From Balamuthia mandrillaris (taxonomy: Eukaryota), in NCBI GenBank assembly GCA_031835245.2, contig JAVKOQ020000016.1, forward strand, positions 186,001 to 250,000: DNA of 64,000 nucleotides, written 5' to 3'. Below are positions 40,138 to 51,231 of this stretch, piece after piece. The position numbers were made by a program, and so were the translations under genes. The stretch's first letter is position 1; each line of letters begins with the position of its first letter. The notes under the pieces are model-generated. The model was not told where the DNA came from and searched no databases. It saw nothing but the letters and a program-made list of their open reading frames with translations.

Positions 40138-40384
40138 GCTGCTGCTGCTGCTGCTGCTGCTCTTGTTGCTTTGGGTTGGTTGGTTGCTGTTATTTGTTTT
40201 GGAAGAAGAAGAGAAGAAATGTCTGTTCCTCCACGTGTGGTGACGTCAGCCTAATGCCAGCCTGCATCTTACAAAGACTTCCCCCCTTTTTCTTCTCTTC
40301 TCTTTGTTTTGTTGTTGTTGTTGGCTAATGTTGTTGTTGTTGTTGTTGTTGTTTTTTTGTGTTTGTTTTTTGTTCATGTTCAAA

Positions 40385-42844
40385 CTAAAATACGGTAATC
40401 TTTGACTGTACAGTTTGACGGCAAATGGGACAGCGTGCCAAAAGCTCTCCACAAGGTTGGCATAGACAGCGATGGCCACAGGGCAAAAGAACGATTTTGA
40501 TCTCCCGGTCTGTACAAACAACGCACCGGTTCAACCCTTCCAGCTGCTCTTTTTCTCGTTGCACCGTTTCCAACTGCTTTTGTAAAACGCTCTGCTTTGC
40601 AAAGCCAACGTTCTTGAGAGCCTTGTGGCAAACCTCTTCCAGTTCGTTGAGTTGTTCTATGCTAAGCTCTTGCAGCTTCTCCTCGGAGGGGAAAGAAAGC
40701 ACAGAGTCTAAATTGGGGGGAGCACCCGTGCTCTCCTTTTGTTGCTTGAGTTCTTCGTTTACTTGAGATAAGCGTTGAATAATCCGTTTCTGTTCGCTAA
40801 CTTCCTCTCGCAATAGCTCCACTTCACTGTCATGGCAGTTGTCCGCTTGCTTTGTGTGGCTTGTCTCTGGTCGATGTTTTTTATCGGCGTAAGCTTCAGT
40901 CTCTTGTTTCTGTGCCTTGAGCTTGAGAATCTCTCGAAGAAGCTTGCGTTGCATTTGTTCCTTTTCTTCAATTTCGTTCAGCGGTAACCGTTGGATCTCG
41001 TCCACTTGAAATGCGAGGGAAGAGAAGCAGAAGGAGTAGGACTGGGGAAGGGTTGACAACAAAGAAGATGTTAGATGAGCGGCGCTGGGTTTAAGGTCAG
41101 TAGTTGTACAGGTAGTAGATGGGGCTGTGGGGGAAGTCGAAGAAATTGGAGAGTGTAATAGCAGTAGCAAAGACGCGTTCTCGCTGCGCAGTCTCTCTAC
41201 TTCGGTGGATAGAGATTGTAGCCGTTCCAATTCAAGCTCTTGCATATGCACTTTTTTCTCCAGAAGCGCCAAAGCCCGTTCCACCCTTTTTCGTTGCCTT
41301 TTCTCAGTACTTCCTCGCTCTTCAGCATGCTTCTTGTCCTCTTCAAGTTTCGAGAGCTGTTCTTCCAGCCGGTTGAGGTTGTCTTCCAGCCTTTTCTTTT
41401 GTTCTTCTTCCTTTCTCCGTCGTTCTTGCTCTTTTTTGATCATTTTCTGCAACTTGGTCTTCTCTTTGGCAGCTTGCTTCTTTGCGTCCTGCTCTGCGCG
41501 CAACTTTTCCTGCTCGCAGACAAGGCTGCCCATTATTACAGCTTGCCGTTCAGTCAAAGCCCCACGTAGCTGCACCTCTGCATTAAGTGCATTCTCCAAG
41601 CGTGTTACCATAGCCTCTGCCTCCTCACGCCGTTTCCGCTCTGAGCCGAGCAGCATTGCAAAGGACAGATTAAAGTGACTGACTTCGGAGCTTCCGTCAC
41701 CCATACCAGCAGAGGTGGAACCATCCTTGCTCGACCTAAGGAAACTGGCCTCATCGCCGGCAATGCCTTCAGGTGAACCACGCTGTTGAAGTTCAGAAAC
41801 CTCCAACACTGCAATGTCATTGAATATAATCCCAGAGCCGGAGCCACCATATACATAAATTTGAGAGTTTCCTACCAAGGTTGCTGTATGCCGGAAGCGG
41901 GGCGCAAGGCTTTGTCCTTGTGAAGGTGGGTGTATCCACGTGAGGCTGTCCAAGAGTAGCACGTGGATATCGTTGAGGAAACAAGAATTGGCACTGCACC
42001 CACCAAACAGAAGCAGTTTGTCATCCAACAAGGTGATTGTGTGTCCACTGCGCTCTGAAGGGACGACCCCGTTCATTTTGACGTCCCTCCATGTCATCGA
42101 GGCTATAGTATGTATGATGAGATCGTTAATTCCGATAACAACAAGGAACAAACGTGTCCACCCAAAAAGAAACATACTCAAGTTTAGGACGTGGAGGTCG
42201 TTGTAATATTTTTTCCCATCAAAACCTCCAAAAACGAGAAGTTCTCCCTTATAAGCAACTGCATCGTGTCCGCCACGCGGCGTAGGACCTTTTCCTAAGG
42301 CTTTGTGTTTGGTCCACTTCATGGTATCTACGGGTAAAGGTAATGCGATTGAGGTGGGGATTGGTTGTCTAGGATTGGTGCAAACAAAAACAAAAAAAAA
42401 AAAAGGAGCACGAACCAAAGCATAGCGTATATACACTGTTAAGATATTTTTGACGGCTTGTTTGCCCACCAAAGAGCACAAGTTTGTTGGAAATAACAGT
42501 AGCAGTGTGGCCGGCTCTCCCTTCTGGGAACGTGCTGTCCGGACTGAACCTCTTCCAGAAATGTTTTTCTGCCAATGTAAGTCAAGATAAGAAAGAGTTT
42601 TACTTTGGGAGGCAGGCATGGCCGCAATAATATTTCGTACCAAGGTCCAGCACGAATAAGTCATTGAGCTGTTTGTTACCATCTGTTCTACCACCAAACA
42701 AAAGCAGCTTATTGCGCAGAGGTAGAGACACCGAGGAGGGCAGCAGGCAGCAGCTGTGACCAAAGCGAGGAGAGGGAGCCTGCCCAGTACTGGTGGTTAC
42801 TTCTTGCCACCAGTTTTTTTCTGTTGGTAATGGCAGTTGGTTAC

Positions 42845-42895
<51 letters not shown>

Positions 42896-43406
42896 CCAAT
42901 TATCAAGAAAGAAGAGGAGGAGGAAGGGTAGAGGAGAGGCAAAGATTACCCAAATCAAAAATGAAATAGTCCCCACGGACTCGGTTTCCCATCCCACCAA
43001 AAACTACCACGCTGTTGCCATAGGCACAAGAGGTGTGGCCCCATCGGGGCAAAGGTGCGGTGCCGCGCGTTCCTGGCTGAATCCACAGTACACATCCAAT
43101 CTGGGCGGTAGACAGCTCTGCTTCTGCAGGGTAATCTACCTCTGAGGCGCTATCTTCTGTAGAATAGGAGCCGGTAGCCTTATCCATGGTTGTCTTGGGG
43201 TCTGGCGAGGCTTTGGCAGACCGTTTTGTTTTCTTTTTCTTGCCCTTGGTCCCAGTTTTGCTGTTGTTTTGATCGTTGTTTCTCTGGCTACGCCCCACAG
43301 AGTTTCCTTTAGCCGACCAAGGCCGAAGGGAGGGGCTGTTCCCTGCTGATGTTGCTAGCCCTTGCTGTTCGGAGTCAGCAGAACATGGGGCGTTTTCTTG
43401 AGACAT
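40385..43406 (-). CDS. Kelch-repeat + coiled-coil + C-terminal RING protein
   Basis: Repeated P.PR.GH...GG..ND kelch motifs; RING CVVC..LLPCGHRCLCQPC..CPICR. Confidence 0.88.
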
Positions 43407-44099
43407 GGTTGGTATTGTGTTGTTCGTTTTAAAAAGAGCTCTCTATCAGGGTGCCTTTTTCTATTCCGCTGGGTCGTTGAGGTCTTTTTCTTTGTGGTGC
43501 AACAGGGCGGCAACAGTTGGAGCCGCTACGTTTTGTTCCTGCCCTCGGGAACACTCCCCCTAAAAGCGGAGCAATGCCGCGAAGGTTGTTTTTGTAGACA
43601 TTTGGTATGCGGACGTCATAAAATTTCCTGTTTTGGGGTTTTTGCGGACACTTCTTCCCTTTTTGTGGTCTTTTGTGTTGTCCGCGACTGAAAATATGCA
43701 GCCATGCTGCTGTTGTGTGGGTTGCCATTTCAGTTTTGGTGCTTCACTTGTGTGAATAGTTTGCTCATCTTTCAAGACAAGCAAAGCATTCACAAAAGTG
43801 AAGGCTTTGTCAACGACAGCACTGTTGTTGACCATGCTGCAATTATCTCAGGAGTTGCACAAAGCAACAAACTATGACAACGCAAGGCATGCAGAGAGAG
43901 AGATGGTAGCCCCTAGACTCAGGACCCAAAAAGGATCCAACACGACTTGCATATGTTTGTAATCAAATAACACAGCCTTCCGCTATACTATTCCTTTAAA
44001 GATTACAACTTTATGCAAGAAGTGACCATTCCCTTGTACTTGCTTTCACAAAGTACCACCTTGTTTTTTAAAAAGGTCAAGCATTCACACCTTCACAGG

Positions 44100-44814
44100 G
44101 AAAGGTGAGAGTTGTTCAACCAGCCCACAATAAACATTATGTGTTAGTCATGTCCAATGTAACAGCAAGAGAGAGAGCCCCAGTTCTTGTTGTTTAGCTT
44201 GAATATCCTGTAGGCATTCAAGAATCAAAGTACACAAGTCTTGGGCAGTGTGTCCCAAGACTTCCTTCACAACCATCAGAAAAAATACTTTCTTACCTTG
44301 ACCGGGTTGTTTTTCCTTGAAGCCACCAAACTCCACCTCCACAAAGCTCCGCCCATCTACTTTGGAGGACTCATCCACTCCCACAAACAAGTACTTTAGT
44401 TGAGGCAGTAGTTTGGCCATCCCATAGTCCACTGCTAATCCAGCTTCCACCACGGCTCGGTTCACTGAGTCCTTGGAGAACACCTTGGAGGGAAACTTGA
44501 CCCCAAACAGCTTGGCGCAGATTCGCAGCACTTTGGGCACAGCACTGGCCGTCACCAGAGATTGCCAAGGTTAGATAGCGAGGATTTTTCTCACCTGTTT
44601 CCTTTTGTACCTTTTTTCTGTGGGCTTGTTGTGCTGCCCGCAGGCGTGCCAGTTCTTGGCGCAGATCTTGCACAGGGTGGAAGTGGCTCGAACTTTGGTA
44701 CAATGCTTGCACGCCACGCGCTGTTTCAAAGGTCTTCCTCTTCTTCCCATTCTCTCCTCCTTTGGCTTCTTTCTTTCTGTTTCTCTCCGTTACGCAATGT
44801 CGACACAACGACAT
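44100..44814 (-). pseudogene. Truncated, frameshifted DDE DNA transposase (hAT-like)
   Basis: ORF 44371-44814 shifts into ORF 44148-44555, which contains LFVGVDESS..GRSFVEV...EVLGHTAQDL, then a premature stop. No TIR pair found. Confidence 0.5.
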
Positions 44815-44950
44815 TTTCTTGCTATATTAGGATTTCTTACTGATCAGATCCACACTCAATCGATTCGCTGATTGGCTGTGTCGGCCGGTTTGTCGATCAC
44901 AATTCCTAAAGGTCTTTTTCAGAGAATTCATCGTTAGGCCTTGGTAAAAA

Positions 44951-47278
44951 ATGGAGAGGGACACCAACACTTCCGACTTGTTTAGCGACGCAGCAGTCCA
45001 GTTGTTTGACTTTCTGCAAACCCTGCCTACCAAACCTGGAACCAGGGCAATACTATGTAACAACACGCCCCGCTTTCCCTGCACCGCGAGGGGCAAAACC
45101 TTGGCAGCTATTTATACAGCTTTCGCCAAACGACTCGATGCAAGGATGAGCGCAAGCGCTCCAGCTGATCGTTTGCAAAACACGCTACCATGCTTGCAAG
45201 CCTCTCCTGGTGGCGGCAAGTCTTTTTTGTTGGATGAGTTGGCAGCACTGAAGAAAACCGACTTGGAGCTCTGCGAGAGCACTGAGATGAAAGAGATTCT
45301 CCTGCACAGTGTCGCCATCTCGATAACCTTCAACAGCGATTCTATGGTTGTGCCTGCGGTGGAGAAAGACATGGACCCCGTGGTGACCCGTGTGCTGTGG
45401 GCCTACTTCTTTGACCCAAAGCACCAAAACGTGAGCTTCCACACCTTTTGTGAGAAACTTGTCAACAAGTTTGCTGAAAGGGCTTATACCTTCATGCTGG
45501 AAACCGCCTTGGCTTGCATTCGTCTGCACCTCGCCTCCTCGGTTGGCTCTTCATCATCTGCTCTCCCCTCTACACCCATTCTCCTTTGTGTTGATGAACT
45601 GTTGAAGGTGTCCACCGCCCCACAGCCCAGCGCAAAAGATCCACAAGTCGCAAAAGCTCTCTCCACTATTGGCAAACAGTTAAACGAAGACCCTTACTTC
45701 AACGTTGTGGTATCAACTCTTGATTCAGGACCGATGTTGGTGGAACGAACCCGCTCTGGAAGACCAATTACTTGGATACCCTTGCCCCCTCTCACCCTGA
45801 AGGACTCCCTTTTGCTCTTCAAGTCCATTCTGGACGAAGAGAAGGAGCCGCGAGCCAAGGCCAACATTGCACTTGCCATATCCGAGTGCGGTGGCCATCC
45901 TCGTTCATTGGAAAGCCTGTGGCTTGTTCTGCGTGATGCTCCAAACCTTCCATATCTTTCTTTCCCAGAGCTGATATCGCCGGTGATCTACCACATGCTA
46001 TTGGCCAGTATTCCCAAGCAAGCCCTACAGATCGCTTTGCTTGGTATTCCTTTACCCCTTGACACGCCGATAGAATCTGGGCCTCACAGCACATCGTCTT
46101 GTACAATCCGTTCGGAGATAGCCTCTGGCCTATATCTGAACGCCTTGGAATCTGCTGGAGACACTGTTACAATCATTCCGCGCCTTTCCCCCCTCCGCTT
46201 ACGGCAGTATGCACAATTTGGCCCTCGGGATGACCTGAACAAGTGCCTGGCAAGCATGCTGGCAACCGAAACAAACTTCAGTGGCTTGACATTTGAGCAT
46301 TTTCATGCTTGGTGGGAAGTCCTGCGACGTCTGCTCCTTATCAACTCGTCCTCACTGTTGGGTGCAGAGGCCAGCCACAAGGACCAGCCGGTTCAACTCG
46401 GGCAACTCTACAATATCGATTCAAAGGTGGAGTTCCTCTTGCAGAAGAAGAAAGGGGTGATCTTGTTACGCAACCATTTCCCTTGTACCACAGCTTCTGC
46501 TGTGTATGCTGCAGACGGAACAGAACTCTCACTCCAGGACATGGCGAGCTATGTGCTAATGCCAGCTGCAGGCAACCCTGGATCTGACATCACCCTTATC
46601 GAAAAGAAGCCTGACAACCGGGGCTACATTGTCATCAACATTGAGTGCCGATATTCTCATCCTACCTCTGGGACACAGCTCACAACATCAGAACTGGAAA
46701 GGAAGTGGGAGCTCATGCAACAACAGTTTAAGCCCCTCTTCGTCAGGTCTCATAGACCAAAACCAAAGGAACTGAAAAACATGCAACTGAAACCAGAGGA
46801 TGTTTACTTGGTGGTTTGTGCCTTTCGCCAGTCTGCAGTGGTGGTGCCAGATTCATTGCCACAGTTGCTTGTGCTGGGCCGTGAGAAGCTCCAAGAGCTG
46901 TACTCACCTTCCCTGGCAATTCGACCACAATTCCTCTCAGGTCCAGAGTGGGAATCATTGATGAGTGCTGTGGCCCCAACAGAAAGAGGCCAGGATGAAA
47001 AGTACAGTGAGGCAGAGCAAAAGCCAAAAAGGCTCTGGGAGTTACAAAAAATCTTGAAAGCAAATGGCTTCAGGACAAGCCGTAGAAAGAAAGATGAGTG
47101 CATACACTTCATCATCCAAAATTGCAACAAGCGAAAACAACCTTTATCTCCTGTTGAGAGTGAGGAAGAAAGAGAAGAGGAAGAAAAAGAAGAAGAGAAA
47201 GAAAAGGCAAAAAAAGCTAAAGACATAAAAGGAAAGGGGAAAGTAAGTCATCACAAAAAACAAAAAAAAAGCAAATAA
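44951..47278 (+). CDS. Intronless Crinkler-like P-loop NTPase + restriction-endonuclease-fold protein with SAP/HeH-like tail (775 aa)
   Basis: Walker A SPGGGKS, Walker B LLCVDE, GGHPRSL, FE.F.A.WE, NPGSD...IECRYS, and tail LWELQKILKANG..S.RKKDECI. Confidence 0.75.
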   Translation: MERDTNTSDLFSDAAVQLFDFLQTLPTKPGTRAILCNNTPRFPCTARGKTLAAIYTAFAKRLDARMSASAPADRLQNTLPCLQASPGGGKSFLLDELAALKKTDLELCESTEMKEILLHSVAISITFNSDSMVVPAVEKDMDPVVTRVLWAYFFDPKHQNVSFHTFCEKLVNKFAERAYTFMLETALACIRLHLASSVGSSSSALPSTPILLCVDELLKVSTAPQPSAKDPQVAKALSTIGKQLNEDPYFNVVVSTLDSGPMLVERTRSGRPITWIPLPPLTLKDSLLLFKSILDEEKEPRAKANIALAISECGGHPRSLESLWLVLRDAPNLPYLSFPELISPVIYHMLLASIPKQALQIALLGIPLPLDTPIESGPHSTSSCTIRSEIASGLYLNALESAGDTVTIIPRLSPLRLRQYAQFGPRDDLNKCLASMLATETNFSGLTFEHFHAWWEVLRRLLLINSSSLLGAEASHKDQPVQLGQLYNIDSKVEFLLQKKKGVILLRNHFPCTTASAVYAADGTELSLQDMASYVLMPAAGNPGSDITLIEKKPDNRGYIVINIECRYSHPTSGTQLTTSELERKWELMQQQFKPLFVRSHRPKPKELKNMQLKPEDVYLVVCAFRQSAVVVPDSLPQLLVLGREKLQELYSPSLAIRPQFLSGPEWESLMSAVAPTERGQDEKYSEAEQKPKRLWELQKILKANGFRTSRRKKDECIHFIIQNCNKRKQPLSPVESEEEREEEEKEEEKEKAKKAKDIKGKGKVSHHKKQKKSK

Positions 47279-48097
47279 ATTGAAAGAGAGAAATAAATAC
47301 ATTCTAAAGAATTGATAAAATGCAGAAAAATATTTCTAACTTGCTTTTACTGCTTTTCCACATTTTGTTTTGTTTCCTTTTGCTTTTTTCACTAAAATGT
47401 GTTTCTAAAAGTTTACTCAGAACACCTTTTCTTGGTGAATCAACTGTTACTCTTATTATTGGTATTGAGTAACTATGGTAACTTACTAGAAAATAATTGC
47501 CATGGAAACGGGGTTTGTAGATGTTGGATAAGTGTCGACCTTTCCTTTTTAGAGGAGGTCTACAAAATTATTCTCAGGAAAAAAATGAAGCTGCACAAGG
47601 TGAAGGAGGAAAAGAAAAAAGAGAAAGCTGTTTTCATGTGCAAGAAACAGATTTGTGAACAACACTTTGTTTTTTCTATCCCCATAAAAGCCTCTTTCCC
47701 TTTGTGGTATGAAGAGTTCGCCATCATTCCCAATTCTGTACTTTTACACATGTTTCAGGAGTTCCTTCTTCTGAAGTTGTTGCCTTTGGTGTCTAGTACC
47801 AAAGAGGTGTTCCTCAATGAAGCACAAATCAACCAAGTTTTTGGTATTTCTATTTGCCTAAACCTCAAAGGCGAATGTTATGTCCTCCTTTGTGCTTCAA
47901 TCAATTAATTTGAGGAGGTCCAATTTCTACAAAAGCTTGGACCTCAGTTTTTATGTCACAGGCAAACACTGCGCCAGCAGGAAAAAAATAAAGGGTAGCC
48001 CCTCATGTAGAAATTGGATAACTTCTAGTGCACTTCAAAACTTGTTTACAACTGTAATACCACTCTCCCATAATACCTATCCTCATCTTTCTTTATA

Positions 48098-49035
48098 CAG
48101 TAGTAGTAGTAATGTGAAGTTTATTTGCTCTGAGAGCAACACCAATAGTAAGCATTGTACATACATTGTGTACTCTTACTTCTCTTATTGCCCATTCCTC
48201 GATGCCTTCCCAATTGTTATTTCACAAGTGAGAGGTGTTGAATAAGATTTCAGACTAACTTTGTATCATCAAACTATCCTTTTCTTTCCCTTTTCCTCTT
48301 TTCCTTCCTATTACATTACTTCCAAAGATTGATAAAAAGCAGAAAAGCTTTCATACTTCCAACTTGTTCTTGCTGCCCATAATCTCCAGACTCGTTTACA
48401 ACTTTGCTTGCATTGTTTCATCTCTTGAGCTCTGTTGCATTTCTTTCCACTTGATAGGAGCTTTGTTGTGCAGTCTTCTATGATTAACTTCCTGACTTTT
48501 TCTTCATTTTCATTGTCCACATTCCAGATTCTAAAACAATCTTTCCAAAGATTTAGACAGCTTAATAGGAAGTGTTCTGCTGTTTCTTCCTCAGCATGTT
48601 GTAAAATAAGAACAGGAATGATAGTGAAGACAAATAAGTATGAGACCTCAACTTAATTTACAAAAAAGTGAAGAGTACAAGTAAAAGTAAAGTATCTTGT
48701 GTTTTGTTATAAGTTGTTCCAAGAGGAAAAGAAGAAGAAACAAGAAGAGGCAGTATTTAAGCTAAAAGGATTATCCAAAAAAGAAGAGCAGAGAATATCA
48801 GCATGAAAGGGCAGAGAGAAAAAACAAAAAGAAAAGGAGAATTTCAAGAAAGGAGAAGTTAGACACTGAGAGGTTTCCTCAGGTCAACAGACATGAAGGA
48901 AAGGTCAGCAGAAAGAGAAGAAGAGCTATTATGTTGGAGTTTTCCAATAAGCATTGCTTGCAGGGCACCTACTGTCCTCTTCAGACTATTGCATGGCTCC
49001 CCACTTTTTACCAATGGGCAGTCTACCACAGCAAA
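48098..49035 (-). mobile_element. LINE 3' fragment (C-terminal Cys/His motif, 3'UTR, (TAC)n tail)
   Basis: EETAEHFLL.C; matches 49035-49640 and 57855-58400; interrupted by a solo LTR. Confidence 0.75.
48597..48949. mobile_element. Solo LTR-like insertion (353 bp)
   Basis: TGTTG...CAATA termini flanked by AGCA direct repeats; splits LINE sequence that is contiguous in the copy at ~49550. Confidence 0.7.
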
Positions 49036-51231
49036 TAGTAGTAGTAGTAGTAATAAGAAGTTTATTTGCTCTGAGAGCAACACCAATCTATACATAAAAA
49101 GTAAGCATTGTACATACATAGTGTACTCTTACTTCTCTTACTCTCTCATCCTCAATGCCTTTCCAATTGTTCAATCGTTCACAAGTGAAAGGTGTTGAAT
49201 GAGCTTTCAGACTAGCTTTGAAACAACTATCTATCCTCATCTTTCCCTTTTCCTATGTTTTCCTTCCTATTACATTACTTCCAGGAGATTTATAAAATGC
49301 AGAAGAACTTCCATGCTTCCAACTTGCTCTTGCTGCCCATAATCTCCAGACTCGTTTACAACTCTGCTTACATTGTTCCATCTCTTGAGCTCTGTTGCAT
49401 TTCTTTCCACTTGACAGGAGCTTTGTTGTACAATCTTCTATGATTAGCTTTCTAACTTGTTCCTCATCTTCATTGTCCACATTCCAGATTCTAAAATGAT
49501 CTTCCCAAAGATTTGGACATCTCAATGGGAAATGTTCTGTTGTTTCTTCCTCAGCATTGCATGCAAGGCACTGTCCTCTTCAGACTGTTGAATGGCTCTC
49601 CACTTTTTTCCAATAAGCAGTCTACCACAGCGAATAGCATTCATCAATCATTCTTTCCTTGGGTTGGTAATCACTAAACTCCATTGTTGTCCAATCAAAC
49701 ATCTTCCATTTGTTAAGAAGAAATGCCAAAGCCATGCTCTTGTACCTCTTTCTCCTGCAACTGCATACTCTGCCTTGGCTACTCGAGTTAAGGTCCTCAT
49801 CCTCTTGGCTTTCTTATCAATGTCACTCATTCCATCACTTTCTTCACCTTCTCTCTTCTCCTCTTCTTCTTCTTTCCTTGCTTTGGCTTATCTCTTCTAA
49901 CAGCTCAAAGTGTCCATCTTGCCTCTCAGTATGGCAAATAAGTGCTTGCCTTTCCAACTCACAGTAGGCCTTGATGGTCAACCAGCCCAATTCTGCTCTA
50001 CAAATCCCTGCCACAGTCCTTTGATGAACTTGCAATACACTTCTTGCTGTCTCATTCCACACAGCTTCTATCTTTTTCCACCATGATTTGGAAAGCTCTG
50101 TCATGCACAGTCCATATGACAAGGTAGACTTGACAATGGCCTCTGCTGCAATCTGAGCAGTTCATGTATCCAGGCCTTGAGCAATGGCTCCCCGCTGTCT
50201 AAGGCTGTAAAGGGCTTTCTTGGCCTTGGTGATCCTCTCCTTGGCATGAGGCCAGCCTTTTGAAAGACTCCACCAACACTTTTCCTCTTATGTTGTAAGT
50301 AGATTCACCTCTACCATTCAAGCCCTTTCCAACCCTGGTGTTCCAATCTCTTCCAATAATCAAGGGTCTTCCTTCCTTGACCACATCCAGGATTCTCTTC
50401 TCAATCATAGCAAAGGCGACCTTGAAGTCATCCTCGGTACCTCCTGGTGGGAGATACACTATAATTATTATAAAAACAACACTCTGTCCTACTAGTTCCA
50501 CTCAAGTGGAGTTGGGTGTTCACCACTCTTTCCTTTCTCTGTTCTTCCATGCCACCTCTTCCATAGCCACTCCTTTTCAGAGCAGCCCCTTCACCCATCC
50601 ACCAATACCCCTCCAAGTGTGGGGCAACCATCCTCCTATGTTCACATACTCCAACCATGTCAAATGGCTTACTGTCCACCCAACAACTGACCAATTCTTG
50701 TCCCCAGCCCCTAGAGTTGACAAAAGCTATTGAGGTAATTGAGTCTCCTTCCCTTCCTTATCCACAATGTCAGACCAATTGACAGCACCATGATGCTCCT
50801 TCTCAGCCAGCACAATGCCAAAGAGTTCCAACTAGCTGTCCAAAGCCACTAATTCAATATTCTCCTCCTTTTTCTTCCTTTTCTCCATTTTTCTTTGCTC
50901 TTTAGGCTTCTACAGCAGTTTGCCTTCATTCTTGGCTTCTTCAATTCAGGCTTTGCCCACCCACCAGCAGGTGAAAGCATACATTCTGGATCTTTCTGCA
51001 ATAATATGTAACACAGTATAAACAAAAAGGAGAATCTCCTTTTGGAAATTTGAAAAGGTAAAAAATAATTTTTTAAATATTTTTCCAAAATCAAAAATAA
51101 TTTTTTTTTCAAATTTTATTAATAAGGAAAATGATAAATTATTTTTTATATGGACTGAATAGTATTTTATAAATATTAAAGCAAACATTTTTATTATTGT
51201 TGTTTGAAAGTTGGTATTTAAAAAACAGAAT

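Noticed and set aside
43447..43690. CAGGG-starting candidate TIRs for the transposase/Crinkler unit
   Set aside because: No matching inverted copy was found in the window.
47399..48050. ORF-like relic after the Crinkler-like gene (checked for Fanzor/TnpB and piggyBac motifs)
   Set aside because: Multiple stops and no convincing RuvC or zinc-finger motif set; unassignable.
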